This document shows, one piece after another, positions 18,143-28,733 of a DNA stretch of 64,000 nt. Origin of the DNA: Minisyncoccota bacterium (lineage in GTDB: Bacteria > Patescibacteriota > Minisyncoccia > Phycocordibacterales > GWA1-40-21). The position numbers and the translations under genes were made by a program. The notes beneath the pieces are model-generated. The model worked only from the letters and a program-made list of their open reading frames with translations. It made no database searches and was not told where the DNA came from. Where the stretch lies: assembly GCA_041659365.1 (NCBI GenBank), contig JBAZYH010000002.1, positions 16,065 to 80,064 of the forward strand. Reading direction: 5' to 3'. Each line of letters begins with the position of its first letter. Position 1 is the stretch's first letter.

Positions 18143-18380
18143 GGATATTCTATTGTTTTGAGGTGTTTTTACTATTGACAAATAATATAAAAGGTGTATT
18201 ATTATATATAAGATAGTTCTTTTATAAATTACTTGTATATAAGTTCGAAAATAGCGAAAAACAGTTAGTCATAGCCAAAAGCTCTTGAAATATCAAAGGT
18301 TTTTGGCTATGACTACTACGGTGGTAGTTGAATTTTAACTCGCTCACTTAAAAATGAGCAAAACGAAAAAGGGTGACGTT

Positions 18381-18998
18381 ATGCAAAACAAGACTTCATC
18401 TGTAGAACAGAAGTCTATGACAGAAGACCAAATCGAAGAGGTCGTTTCTGATTTAAGAGTGCTTCTCACGAAGCACTCAACCGAATTTACTTCGGAAGCG
18501 GTGCGACTCGCTCTTGAACAGTCTGGGTTTTTTGACAAGATGTTTCAGGCTTTTCGTCGGTGTGTCAAAACGGTCAGCGGTCTGATTATTTTTCACGTAG
18601 TAGTGGATCGTAAACAGGAACCAGTTGATGCCCTCAAGGCAACCGGTTGTGTTCTGAATTTCAATGACGCTGACGCAGAGATGATGCCGAAGGGTGATGG
18701 TGAAAAGACAGAAATTTTCTTCTTTAGGGTTGGGCGTAGTATCAATGATGACGAGTTGGATAAGGAATATAAACAGCATGGTTTTATACCAGCTGATCCA
18801 TATTCGTTGGCGAAGGTTGTTCAGGATAACAATACTTTTGCAAGCGAACACTCTATTGCCACTCACTGGAAGGATAAGAATGATAAGTGGTGTGTTGTCA
18901 GATTCAATAGTTGGGGTCACGAGCGTCGTGTGTATGTTGGCCGTAACTATGTTCGTTTTTGGTCTAAAAACTGGTGGTTTGCAGGTATTTGCAAGTAA
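18381..18998 (+). CDS. hypothetical protein with Trp-rich C-terminus
   Basis: ORF with upstream TTGACA promoter (18175) and downstream hairpin; start may instead be 18354. Confidence 0.7.
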   Translation: MQNKTSSVEQKSMTEDQIEEVVSDLRVLLTKHSTEFTSEAVRLALEQSGFFDKMFQAFRRCVKTVSGLIIFHVVVDRKQEPVDALKATGCVLNFNDADAEMMPKGDGEKTEIFFFRVGRSINDDELDKEYKQHGFIPADPYSLAKVVQDNNTFASEHSIATHWKDKNDKWCVVRFNSWGHERRVYVGRNYVRFWSKNWWFAGICK

Positions 18999-19122
18999 TT
19001 AACTCGGACCTCGGTCCATACTCAATGCCCTTATTTAGCTTCGGCTAGGTGAGGGTGTTTTTCTTTTTATAGGCACGGTTTGCGAAGCAAACCGTGCCTT
19101 TTCTTTTGTATTTTTCTTTTTC

Positions 19123-19210
19123 GTCATTGCGAGGAAGTATTCTGACGTCGCAATCCATGATTCAATTAATTAACCTAGATTATTACGTCGGGTTACCTCC
19201 TCATAATGAC
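19123..19210. repeat. family-1 inverted pair with no gene inside
   Basis: GTCATTGCGAGG...GCAATCC, AT-rich spacer, AACCTAGATT...CTCATAATGAC. Confidence 0.8.
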
Positions 19211-19566
19211 GCAATACAATTTGCATTTTAGAACTTTTATGTTATTATCTCAACACATTATCTCGGTCGTGAGATATGTCGTTTTCAGGCAAAAGTGAGT
19301 AATCGATTTCAGTAGCTTTTAAAAAAGCATCTCAAACTGATCTCGGTGAAGAATTCACAATTGCCAAGTTAGAAAAATAAATTAGGCAAAAGATTATAAA
19401 TTTTATAACCTTGTTTATTTTTGTTTTTATTATTAGAAGTTTAAGGAGTGAAGGGATAATATTATTTTTTACCCCAGTGAAATATCTGCTAGACGCAGAT
19501 CAGAGCAGTAGCTCTATTTCACGGGGTGATGATTTTTATTGTCGCTTCGCTCTGTAAAAATCAATC

Positions 19567-19995
19567 ATGCCGACAATAAATCAGTTAATTAAACACAATA
19601 GAAAAACTGCTCCTAGAAAGCCAAAGTCAGTGGCTTTGATGAGAAGTTTTAACACATTGGAAAACAGACCAACAAAACTCTGTTCTCCATTTAAGAGAGG
19701 AGTTTGTATAAAGGTTACTACAAAGACACCTAAGAAACCTAACTCAGCTATCAGAAAGATCGCTAGGGTAAGACTTTCTAATGGTATGGAAGTTACAGCT
19801 TATATCCCAGGTATGGGACATAACTTACAAGAACACTCTGTTGTTCTTCTAAGAGGTGGAAGAGTTAAAGACGTAGGTCTTAGATATCAGGTTGTAAGAG
19901 GAGTTCTAGACGCAGGAGGAGTAGAAGGAAGAAGAAAGGGTCGTAGCCAATACGGTGCAAAGAAGCCAAAGGCAGGCGCTGTTAAAGCAAAGTAA
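19567..19995 (+). CDS. rpsL: 30S ribosomal protein S12
   Basis: MPTINQL, PKKPNSA.RK.ARVRL, HNLQEHS. Confidence 0.99.
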   Translation: MPTINQLIKHNRKTAPRKPKSVALMRSFNTLENRPTKLCSPFKRGVCIKVTTKTPKKPNSAIRKIARVRLSNGMEVTAYIPGMGHNLQEHSVVLLRGGRVKDVGLRYQVVRGVLDAGGVEGRRKGRSQYGAKKPKAGAVKAK

Positions 19996-20088
19996 ATTTA
20001 AATAGATTAAGGATTCATGATTCAGGATTTAAGAATAAGAAATTATTTCATAAATCATGAATCTTAAATCATAAATCATCCTAAAATC

Positions 20089-20559
20089 ATGAGAAGAAAA
20101 ATTAAACCTAATAAACCGTTAAGATTAGACTACGAATATAAATCTGAAAAAGTTGCAAAACTTATAAATTATATTATGTATGACGGTAAGAAAAGCGTTG
20201 CAGAGAGAATAATCCACGATATGCTTGATATTATAAAAGAGAAGGGAAAGGTAAAAAATCCCATAGAAATACTCGAACTTGCTCTTTCTAATACAGCTCC
20301 AAACATGGAAATCAGATCAAGAAGAGTTGGGGGTGCAAACTACCAAGTTCCTGTAGAAGTTAGACCAACAAGAAGAGCTGCTCTTTCAATGAAATGGATT
20401 ATAGATGCAGCAAGATCAAAGAAAGGTGCTCCAATATCAGAAAAACTTGCTAATGAAATACTAGCAGCTTCAAAGAATGAAGGTGAAGCAGTAAAGAAGA
20501 GAGAAAATACTCATAAGATGGCTGAGGCTAACAAGGCCTTTGCTCACTTCGCCTGGTAG
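20089..20559 (+). CDS. rpsG: 30S ribosomal protein S7
   Basis: RRVGGANYQVP, HKMAEANKAFAHF. Confidence 0.99.
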   Translation: MRRKIKPNKPLRLDYEYKSEKVAKLINYIMYDGKKSVAERIIHDMLDIIKEKGKVKNPIEILELALSNTAPNMEIRSRRVGGANYQVPVEVRPTRRAALSMKWIIDAARSKKGAPISEKLANEILAASKNEGEAVKKRENTHKMAEANKAFAHFAW

Positions 20560-20749
20560 TATTTCATTATAATTTAACGACTTACTTCGTTGGTTGGTAA
20601 AATTTTTTCACGTGCAGTACATTTAAGTACAGCTTGCTCAAAAATTTTACCACCGCCTCGTAATTCATTTAAATTATAAAGAAATTCATTAGAGTGAAGT
20701 TGAAGAGTATAAACTATTTTAGAATTTATTAATTTAATTGTTATTATAA

Positions 20750-22912
20750 ATGAAAAGAGATTATCCATTAGAAAAAGTAAGAAATTTTGGAATTATTGCG
20801 CACATTGATGCGGGTAAAACTACAACTTCAGAAAGAATTCTCTACTACACTGGTAAAAACCATAAGATCGGTGAAGTTCACGAAGGTGAAACTACAACTG
20901 ACTGGATGGAACAAGAAAGAGAAAGAGGTATTACTATATGTTCAGCTGCTATTACTTGTTTTTGGACACCTACACATGTAGTTGATAAAAAAAATACAGA
21001 TCTTAAAATAAGATTCAATATTATTGATACCCCCGGCCACATCGACTTTACTGCAGAAGTTAAGCGTTCTCTCAGAGTGCTTGATGGAGCTGTTGTTGTA
21101 TTTGACGGAGTTGCTGGTGTTGAACCACAATCAGAAACAAACTGGAGATATGCTGATGAAGGAAAAGTTCCAAGACTTTGTCTTATAAACAAACTAGATA
21201 GAACTGGAGGAAGTTTTGAAAGATCATACCAATCAATTTTAGAAAGACTTACAAAAGCTGCTGTAAGAATGCAACTTCCTATTGGAGCTGAATCAGATTT
21301 CAACGGAATAATAAGTCTTATGGAAATGAGAGCTTACTATTTTGATGGTGAAATGGGAGATCATATAAGAGAAGAAGAAATTCCAGCAGATCTTTTGGAA
21401 GAAGCAAAGAAATATAGAATGGAGCTTGTAGAAAAAATTGCTGAGCAAGATGAGGTCCTTATGAATGATTATCTTGAAGGAAAAGAAATCGGAATTCCTG
21501 ACCTTAAGAAAGTTTTGAGAAAAGCAACAATTGATAATACAATTGTTCCTGTGTTTATAGGTTCTGCTTTGAAAAATAAAGGAATTCAATTAGTGCTTGA
21601 TGGTGTTGTTGACTATCTTCCATCTCCACTTGATATTCCTGCTGTAAAAGGTATAGATCCAAGAAATGGAGAAGAAGTTTTGAGACATGCTTCAGACGAA
21701 GAACCTTTTTGTGCTCTCGCTTTTAAACTTCAGAACGATCCATTCGTAGGTCAGCTTACATATTTTAGAGTTTATTCTGGTAGTATTTCTTCTGGTACAT
21801 ATATTTACAATTCTACAACTGGTGAAAAAGAAAGACTAGGAAGAATTGTTCGTATGCATGCAAATGATAGGGAAGATGTTGAAACAGTTTTTGCTGGAGA
21901 AATCGCAGCTGCTGTAGGTCTTAAAGGAGTAAAGACAAGTCACACACTTTGTGATGAAAGCAACCCAATACTTCTTGATCAAATCGTATTCCCAGAGCCA
22001 GTTATTACTTTGAGAGTTGAACCAAAGACAAAAGCAGACCAAGAGAAAATGGGATTTGCTTTGAAGAAACTTTCAGATGAAGATCCAACATTTAAAATAA
22101 AATCTGATCCAGAGACAGGCGAAACTGTTATGGCTGGTATGGGAGAGCTCCACCTTGAAATTCTCGTAGATAGAATGAAGAGAGAATTCGGAGTTGAGGC
22201 AAACGTTGGTAAACCACAGGTTGCTTATAAAGAAACTATTACTGGAGAAGCTGAAAAAGAAGAGAAATACATTAAGCAGTCTGGAGGTAAGGGTCAATAT
22301 GGTCACGTTCTTATTAAAATCAGACCTATGCAACCTCTTGAAGAGGGTGCAAAGATTCCTAAGAATGTTAGCAGATATGATGACTTTGAATTTATTAACT
22401 CTATTAAAGGAGGTGTTATTCCAAACGAATTTATTCCTGCGGTTGAAAAAGGAGTAAAGGAAAGTATGGAAAGAGGTATTCTTGCTGGTTATAAAGTTGT
22501 GAATGTTTCTTGTGAGCTTACATTCGGTTCTTACCATGATGTTGACTCATCAGAAATTGCTTACAAAGTTGCAGCTTCTATGGCTTTTCAAGATGCAGCA
22601 AAGAGAGCAAGACCTGTTATTCTTGAGCCTGTCATGAAGGTTGAGGTTGTTACACCAGAGAAGTTCATGGGAGACGTTTCTGGAAGTATTAACTCAAGAA
22701 GAGGTCAAATAATTGAAATGTTTGATAGAGGAATGAACAAAGTTATTAAAGCAAATGTTCCTCTTTCTGAAATGTTTGGTTATGTTACAACACTTAGATC
22801 ACTTTCTGAGGGAAGAGCTTCATCTACTATGGAATTTGGAAGCTACGAAGTTGTTCCACCAAATGTCGCTAAAGAGATTATTGAAGCACGTGGTACAGCT
22901 CCAGTGAAATAA
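20750..22912 (+). CDS. fusA: elongation factor G
   Basis: AHIDAGKTTTSER, DTPGH, NKLD, GMGELHLEI. Confidence 0.99.
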   Translation: MKRDYPLEKVRNFGIIAHIDAGKTTTSERILYYTGKNHKIGEVHEGETTTDWMEQERERGITICSAAITCFWTPTHVVDKKNTDLKIRFNIIDTPGHIDFTAEVKRSLRVLDGAVVVFDGVAGVEPQSETNWRYADEGKVPRLCLINKLDRTGGSFERSYQSILERLTKAAVRMQLPIGAESDFNGIISLMEMRAYYFDGEMGDHIREEEIPADLLEEAKKYRMELVEKIAEQDEVLMNDYLEGKEIGIPDLKKVLRKATIDNTIVPVFIGSALKNKGIQLVLDGVVDYLPSPLDIPAVKGIDPRNGEEVLRHASDEEPFCALAFKLQNDPFVGQLTYFRVYSGSISSGTYIYNSTTGEKERLGRIVRMHANDREDVETVFAGEIAAAVGLKGVKTSHTLCDESNPILLDQIVFPEPVITLRVEPKTKADQEKMGFALKKLSDEDPTFKIKSDPETGETVMAGMGELHLEILVDRMKREFGVEANVGKPQVAYKETITGEAEKEEKYIKQSGGKGQYGHVLIKIRPMQPLEEGAKIPKNVSRYDDFEFINSIKGGVIPNEFIPAVEKGVKESMERGILAGYKVVNVSCELTFGSYHDVDSSEIAYKVAASMAFQDAAKRARPVILEPVMKVEVVTPEKFMGDVSGSINSRRGQIIEMFDRGMNKVIKANVPLSEMFGYVTTLRSLSEGRASSTMEFGSYEVVPPNVAKEIIEARGTAPVK

Positions 22913-22952
22913 AAAGAATATTGAATAGTGAATGTAGAATATAGGATAATAA

Positions 22953-23009
22953 AATACAAACACAAAAAAAGTACGCCCCAATGGGGCGCGCTTTTTTTGT
23001 GTTTGTATT
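22953..23009 (+). terminator. intrinsic terminator after fusA
   Basis: GC-rich hairpin followed by a T tract. Confidence 0.7.
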
Positions 23010-23071
23010 GCTTAATAAATATTGAGGGGTATAATTACTTGGTGTAATTTACAAGCTAATATTAATTAATA

Positions 23072-23881
23072 ATGAAAAAATATTTTCTAGGTTTGTTTTG
23101 TCTCCTTACATTTGCTTCAGTATTTTTTGTTGGAGTAAATAGTTCTTATGCATTAGTATCTGGGGCTAATACAAAATATGACTTTAATAAAGATGGTAAG
23201 ATTGACATAAGAGATGTTCAGGATATTTCTGAGGTCATTGATCAAAAAGACAACTCTGCTGACTTTGATCTAAATAGTGATAATAAGGTTGATATAAAAG
23301 ATTTGAAAATTCTCAGAGCTAAAGCAGGTGCCTCACAGTTCGATTTCAACAGAGACGGTAGAGTTGATATTAAAGATGTTCAGGATATTTCTGAGGCTAT
23401 TGATCAAAAAAACAACTATGCTTACTTTGATCTAAACAGTGATGGAAAAGTTGATATAAAAGATTTAAAAATTCTTAGGGCCAAAGCGGGTGTCTCACAG
23501 TTTGATTTCAACAGAGACGGTAAAGTTGATATTAAAGATGTTGATGATATTTCTGAGGCTATTGATCAAAAAAACAACTATGCTTACTTTGATCTAAACA
23601 GTGATGGAAAGGTTGATATAAAAGATTTAAAAATTCTTAGGGCCAAAGCGGGTGTCTCACAGTTTGATTTCAACAGAGACGGTAAGACTGATGTTGAAGA
23701 TGTTGATGATATTTCTGAGGCTATTGATCAAAAAAACAACTATGCTTACTTTGATCTAAACAGTGATGGAAAAGTTGATATAAAAGATTTGAAAATCTTA
23801 AAATCAAAAGTTAAGACCCTTGGTGTGAGTCAATCTTTAGTTTCAAAAATAATGGCTAGTGTTTTAGAAGCATTTAAATAG
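23072..23881 (+). CDS. secreted protein with four tandem dockerin type I-like (paired Ca-binding DxNxDGxVD) repeats
   Basis: Signal peptide; DFNxDGKxDIxD and DLNSDGKVDIKD loops. Confidence 0.8.
   Translation: MKKYFLGLFCLLTFASVFFVGVNSSYALVSGANTKYDFNKDGKIDIRDVQDISEVIDQKDNSADFDLNSDNKVDIKDLKILRAKAGASQFDFNRDGRVDIKDVQDISEAIDQKNNYAYFDLNSDGKVDIKDLKILRAKAGVSQFDFNRDGKVDIKDVDDISEAIDQKNNYAYFDLNSDGKVDIKDLKILRAKAGVSQFDFNRDGKTDVEDVDDISEAIDQKNNYAYFDLNSDGKVDIKDLKILKSKVKTLGVSQSLVSKIMASVLEAFK
23180..23800 (+). repeat. intragenic tandem repeat, about 4 x 162 bp (54 aa)
   Basis: Units start at 23180, 23342, 23504 and 23666. Confidence 0.9.
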
Positions 23882-24213
23882 ATGAAGTTATTGAGCTTTT
23901 AAAACTTTTAAAGTAAAGGAAAGATATAAAAATAGGGCTACCTTTGGTAGCCCTATTTTTATATTTGGAAATCAACTTTCTGATGTTGACCTTTTGTGCT
24001 TCTTTTGCTATTATTCGAGATACGCATTTTGTGCGCTTTTTAGTTTATTATTAATTTAAAAAAAAGACTAAAAAACACGAGTTGCAAGTCGTAATTTTAT
24101 AAGTTTCCCAGTTCGCCTGTAGGTGAATGATGGGAGTTAATCAAATTAGCTGGTTTTATGGGCAGAGAGAGCGTTCTCGCGCGTTCTGTTTATAGAATCA
24201 GCAAAAAATAAAT

Positions 24214-25416
24214 ATGGCAGAATTTTTAAGAGACAAACCACACGTAAACGTTGGTACAATTGGTCACATTGACCACGGGAAGACAACATTGACTGCAGCT
24301 ATTACTTATATACAGTCATTGAAAGGTTTAGCAAATCACATCGCTTACGATCAAGTTGCTAAGGCTTCTGAAAGTGCTGGTAGAAGAGATTCCACAAAAA
24401 TCATTACTATCGCAATTTCTCACGTTGAATATTCATCAGATGCAAGACACTATGCTCACGTTGACTGTCCTGGTCACGCTGACTATGTTAAGAACATGAT
24501 TACTGGTGCTGCCCAAATGGACGGTGCTATACTCGTTGTTTCTGCAGTTGATGGCCCTATGCCACAAACAAGAGAACACATACTTTTGGCAAAACAAGTT
24601 GGTGTGCCAAAGATAGTAGTATTCTTAAACAAAGTTGACCTAGTCGACGATGCAGATCTTTTGGATCTTGTCGAAGTTGAAGTTAGAGAACTTTTGACAA
24701 AATATGGTTTTGATGGAGACAATGCTCCTATTGTTAGGGGTTCTGCTACTGGTGCTCTTGCATGTAAGAGTCCAGATGAACCAGGTGCAAAATGTATTGC
24801 AGATCTTTTGACTGCTCTTGATACATACATTCCTATGCCAGAAAGAGATATCGATAAGCCTTTTCTTATGCCTATTGAAGATATCTTCTCAATTGAAGGT
24901 AGAGGAACTGTTGTTACTGGAAGAATTGAGAGAGGACAAATTAAAGTTGGTGAAGAAGTAGAAATCGTTGGTATTAGAGCAACTGCAAAAACTATCGTTA
25001 CTGGTATTGAAATGTTTAATAAACAACTTCAATCTGGTATGGCTGGTGATAATGCTGGTCTTCTTCTAAGAGGTACAAAGAAAGAGGATGTTACAAGAGG
25101 TCAAGTTTTAGCAAAAATTGGTTCAGTTACTCCTCACACAGACTTTGAAGCTGAAGTTTACGTTTTGAAGAAGGAAGAAGGTGGAAGACACACTCCATTC
25201 TTCTCAGGTTACAAACCACAATTCTATATGAGAACTACAGACGTTACAGGAGATGTTACTCTAGCAGAAGGTGTTGAAATGGTTATGCCAGGAGATACAG
25301 TTACTTTTAAAGTTAAACTTGTTGCCCCAGTTGCTATTGAAGACAAGATGAGATTTGCTATCAGAGAGGGGGGAAAAACAGTCGGTTCAGGAGTTATAAC
25401 AAAAGTTATAGCGTAA
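24214..25416 (+). CDS. tuf: elongation factor Tu
   Basis: [28 protein letters not shown]. Confidence 0.99.
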   Translation: MAEFLRDKPHVNVGTIGHIDHGKTTLTAAITYIQSLKGLANHIAYDQVAKASESAGRRDSTKIITIAISHVEYSSDARHYAHVDCPGHADYVKNMITGAAQMDGAILVVSAVDGPMPQTREHILLAKQVGVPKIVVFLNKVDLVDDADLLDLVEVEVRELLTKYGFDGDNAPIVRGSATGALACKSPDEPGAKCIADLLTALDTYIPMPERDIDKPFLMPIEDIFSIEGRGTVVTGRIERGQIKVGEEVEIVGIRATAKTIVTGIEMFNKQLQSGMAGDNAGLLLRGTKKEDVTRGQVLAKIGSVTPHTDFEAEVYVLKKEEGGRHTPFFSGYKPQFYMRTTDVTGDVTLAEGVEMVMPGDTVTFKVKLVAPVAIEDKMRFAIREGGKTVGSGVITKVIA

Positions 25417-25526
25417 GAAAATAACGAGCGTAGCGAATATCCCAGTACCACAACTTTACTGAAAGGTAAAGTTGGCTACGGGACAAGTATTTTCTACTTG
25501 TAATTCGTTCTGTTCATTAAAAATCA

Positions 25527-25901
25527 ATGGCAACAAAAACAACAAAAAAGAATACAGGCGCAAAAGCAACGAAATTATCTGAAAAAGGAGAAGCTTCTTC
25601 TATGTTGAGGATAAGAGTAAGAGCTTATGATAGTAAAATTCTTGATGCTTCAGTTAAACAAATTATTGAAACAGCCTCAAGATTTGATGTCAAGGTTGTT
25701 GGACCTGTTCCACTACCTACAGAAATCAAAAAGTACACTGTGAACAGAGCATCTTTCGTCTACAAAAATGCGCGAGAACAATTTGAGATGAGAATACACA
25801 GAAGGTTGATAGATATTATAAATCCATCAGCTAAAGTTGTAGAAGCTCTGACAAACATGAGTTTGCCATCAGGTGTGAATATTGATGTGAAAATGGTCTA
25901 A
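25527..25901 (+). CDS. rpsJ: 30S ribosomal protein S10
   Basis: RIRVRAYD, GPVPLPT, REQFEMRIHRRLIDI. Confidence 0.97.
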   Translation: MATKTTKKNTGAKATKLSEKGEASSMLRIRVRAYDSKILDASVKQIIETASRFDVKVVGPVPLPTEIKKYTVNRASFVYKNAREQFEMRIHRRLIDIINPSAKVVEALTNMSLPSGVNIDVKMV

Positions 25902-25985
25902 AATATATTGGCGGATATGATCTTACAAACCGAGTTTCTTTAAGGAACTCGGTTTGTAAAATCCACTATCTATAATAAAAACTGT

Positions 25986-26591
25986 ATGAAATTTATACTC
26001 GGTACAAAACAGAATATGACCCAGATCTTTGATGAGAAGGGAAAGGTACATCCTGCTACTATTTTAGTAGCAGGACCTTTAACCGTGACTCAAATAAAAA
26101 ACAAAGAGACTGATGGTTACAATGCTGTTCAGGTTGGATTTGGAAGTAGAAATGATAAAAATATAAACAAACCTCTTAAGGGTCACTTAAATGGAACAAA
26201 TGCAAGATTTTTAAAAGAATTTTGTGTTGAAGACCTTTCAAGCTTTAAAGTTGGTGATAGCATAGACCTTTCTGGTTTTTCAGCAGGGGATGTTATTGAG
26301 GTATCTGCAATTTCAAAAGGAAAAGGATATCAGAGCGTTATTAAGAGGCATGGTTTCAAGGGTCAACCAAGAAGTCATGGACAGAAGCACTGTGAAAATG
26401 CACCAGGATCTATTGGAGGTGGACTAAGAAACAGAGTTCCAAAAGGTATGAGAATGGCTGGAAGAATGGGTGCAGACAGAATAACAGTTAAGAATTTGAA
26501 AGTTCTTGGTGTCGACAAGGATAATAATCAGCTCGTGATAAGCGGCGCAATACCTGGAAGAAGAGGTACCCTCGTCGAAGTTCGCGGTTAA
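25986..26591 (+). CDS. rplC: 50S ribosomal protein L3
   Basis: DGYNAVQVGF, SKGKG, PGSIG, GMRMAGRMG. Confidence 0.98.
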   Translation: MKFILGTKQNMTQIFDEKGKVHPATILVAGPLTVTQIKNKETDGYNAVQVGFGSRNDKNINKPLKGHLNGTNARFLKEFCVEDLSSFKVGDSIDLSGFSAGDVIEVSAISKGKGYQSVIKRHGFKGQPRSHGQKHCENAPGSIGGGLRNRVPKGMRMAGRMGADRITVKNLKVLGVDKDNNQLVISGAIPGRRGTLVEVRG

Positions 26592-26608
26592 TTTTCTAAA
26601 ATACTATT

Positions 26609-27331
26609 ATGGAAAAGAAAACAAAAAAAATAGAAAAGAAAGCGAAAATTTCTGAAGTATCTCCTGCAAAAGTTTACAGTCAGGAAGGAAAAGAAGTTGG
26701 AGAAGTTAAATTACCTGGAAATGTATTTGGTCTTTCATGGAATGCTGACTTAGTGCAACAAGTTGTTGCATCGATGCTTTCTGCTTCAAGAGTTACTTAC
26801 GCTCACACAAAAGATAGATCACAGGTTAGTGGAGGAGGTAAAAAACCTTGGAAACAAAAAGGTTTAGGAAGAGCAAGACACGGTTCCTCAAGATCACCAA
26901 TCTGGGTTGGTGGAGGTGTTGCTCATGGTCCAAATACTTTAAAGAATTATGACAGAAAGATAAACAAAAAGATGAAGATAAAAGCTCTTTATACTATTCT
27001 TTCAAAAAAGTTTAAGGATGGAGAAGTTATCTTTATTGATAAGTTTGAAATTGCAAAACCAAAAACTACTGATGCTATTTCTATATTGAAATCATTGAGT
27101 AAAATTGATGCTTGTTCAAATATTTTTACTAAGAGAAAGAATAGTGCAATAATTGCTATTTCAGGTAAAAAATCTGCTTTTGAAAAGAGTTTTTCTAATA
27201 TTGGAAATGTTGAGGTTGATGAAGTTAGAAATATTAATCCTATAGATTTGTTAAATACAAAGTATATTGTGATTGAAAATCCAGAAGAGTCGATAAAATT
27301 TATTGAAAATAAGATGGCAAATGCCAAATAA
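26609..27331 (+). CDS. rplD: 50S ribosomal protein L4
   Basis: GGGKKPWKQKG.GRARHGS.RSP.W.GGG. Confidence 0.98.
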   Translation: MEKKTKKIEKKAKISEVSPAKVYSQEGKEVGEVKLPGNVFGLSWNADLVQQVVASMLSASRVTYAHTKDRSQVSGGGKKPWKQKGLGRARHGSSRSPIWVGGGVAHGPNTLKNYDRKINKKMKIKALYTILSKKFKDGEVIFIDKFEIAKPKTTDAISILKSLSKIDACSNIFTKRKNSAIIAISGKKSAFEKSFSNIGNVEVDEVRNINPIDLLNTKYIVIENPEESIKFIENKMANAK

Positions 27332-27335
27332 TTTT

Positions 27336-27635
27336 ATGAAAAACTCAATAGAAAAAAAGAATACTTTGTCAGTCATAAAGAATCCAAGAATAACAGAAAA
27401 ATCTGGTATTAAGGCTGAATCACAAAATATTTACACTTTTGAAGTGATAAAAGCAGCAACAAAGACAACTATTAAAGAAGCGATAAAAGATCTTTATAAA
27501 GTTACACCAGTTAAGATTAATATTGTTAATCTTCCTGCAAAGAATATTACCTCAAGAGGTAAGAGGGGGGTTAAACAGTCTGTAAAAAAGGCGGTCGTAT
27601 ATCTTAAAAAAGGAGATAAAATAGCATTTATATAA
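27336..27635 (+). CDS. rplW: 50S ribosomal protein L23
   Basis: IKNPRITEKS, YTFEV, KKAVVYLKKG; start at MKNS chosen. Confidence 0.95.
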   Translation: MKNSIEKKNTLSVIKNPRITEKSGIKAESQNIYTFEVIKAATKTTIKEAIKDLYKVTPVKINIVNLPAKNITSRGKRGVKQSVKKAVVYLKKGDKIAFI

Positions 27636-27639
27636 TAAT

Positions 27640-28491
27640 ATGAAATTCTATAAACCAACATCAGCAGCAGTAAGAAACATGTCCACTGTTACATACAGGG
27701 GTGTTATTACAACAAATACGCCAGAAAAATCTCTTACAAAAGGATATAAGGCAAAAGGAGGAAGAAACAATAGGGGAAGAATTACAGCAAAACATCAAGG
27801 AGGTGGAAACAAAAAACTTTTTAGAGATGTAGACTTCGTTTATGCTAAAAAAGATATACCAGCAGTTATAAAGACTGTTGAATATGATCCATATAGAACA
27901 GGTTTTATCGGCTTAGCTTTTTATGCAGATGGTGATAAAAAATATGTTTTATTACCAAAAACTATGAAAGTAGGTGATAAGTTCTTGGTTTCTGAAGGAG
28001 CAGAACTTAAGGTTGGAAACAGAGTTCCTTTGAAAAAAATACCAGTTGGTACTTTTGTTTACAATGTTGAAGTAAAGATTGGAGGAGGTGCAAAACTTTG
28101 TAGATCAGCAGGTAACTTTGGACAAATAGTTGCAAATGATTCTGGATATGTTCACGTTAAACTTCCATCTACAGAAATTAGAAAAATTCCTGAAAATGCA
28201 TGGGCATGTATTGGAAATGTTTCAAATGATGAACAATGGCTTGTAAATATTGGTAAGGCAGGAAGATCAAGATGGCTTGGTATAAGACCAACTGTTAGAG
28301 CTTCTGCTATGAACCCAGTAGACCATCCATACGGTGGAGGTGAAGGAAGACAAGGTAGAGGTTTGAGATTTGCTAAGACAGCTACAGGTAGACACGTTGG
28401 AAAAGGACAAAAATCAAGAACTCCTAAGAAGTATTCAAATCATCTTATCGTCTCAAGAAGAAAGGTTGGAAAAGCGAAGAGTGGTAAATAG
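27640..28491 (+). CDS. rplB: 50S ribosomal protein L2
   Basis: GGRNNRGRIT, EYDPYR, KAGRSRWLG.RPTVR, MNPVDHPYGGGEG. Confidence 0.99.
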   Translation: MKFYKPTSAAVRNMSTVTYRGVITTNTPEKSLTKGYKAKGGRNNRGRITAKHQGGGNKKLFRDVDFVYAKKDIPAVIKTVEYDPYRTGFIGLAFYADGDKKYVLLPKTMKVGDKFLVSEGAELKVGNRVPLKKIPVGTFVYNVEVKIGGGAKLCRSAGNFGQIVANDSGYVHVKLPSTEIRKIPENAWACIGNVSNDEQWLVNIGKAGRSRWLGIRPTVRASAMNPVDHPYGGGEGRQGRGLRFAKTATGRHVGKGQKSRTPKKYSNHLIVSRRKVGKAKSGK

Positions 28492-28500
28492 TAAAAAATA

Positions 28501-28546
28501 CTTAAACAAAACAAAAATCCCGAAAGGGATTTTTGTTTTGTTTAAG
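28501..28546 (+). terminator. intrinsic terminator after rplB
   Basis: Perfect 21-bp stem with GAAA loop. Confidence 0.75.
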
Positions 28547-28583
28547 CTTTACTTTTTCTATAAATCTGCTATTATTAATAAGT

Positions 28584-28692
28584 AAAGGCCAAAGACAGCC
28601 AGTTATCCGAAAGGATTATAAATGATTTAAAATGATAGTTATATTGTTTTGGTCAAGCTAGCCGAGGTCAACTCTATTAGTTAGAGGCCTTT
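28584..28692 (+). promoter_or_regulatory. L10 leader-like autoregulatory RNA
   Basis: AAAGGCC/GGCCTTT closing stem with AAGACAG...GCCGAGG core directly 5' of rplJ. Confidence 0.6.
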
Positions 28693-28733
28693 TATATAAG
28701 GTCGATTTTTTATTTTTAAAATTAAAATTATTC

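Noticed and set aside
18381-18998. Trp-rich C-terminus as a DGR variable region
   Set aside because: No template repeat or reverse transcriptase visible in the window.
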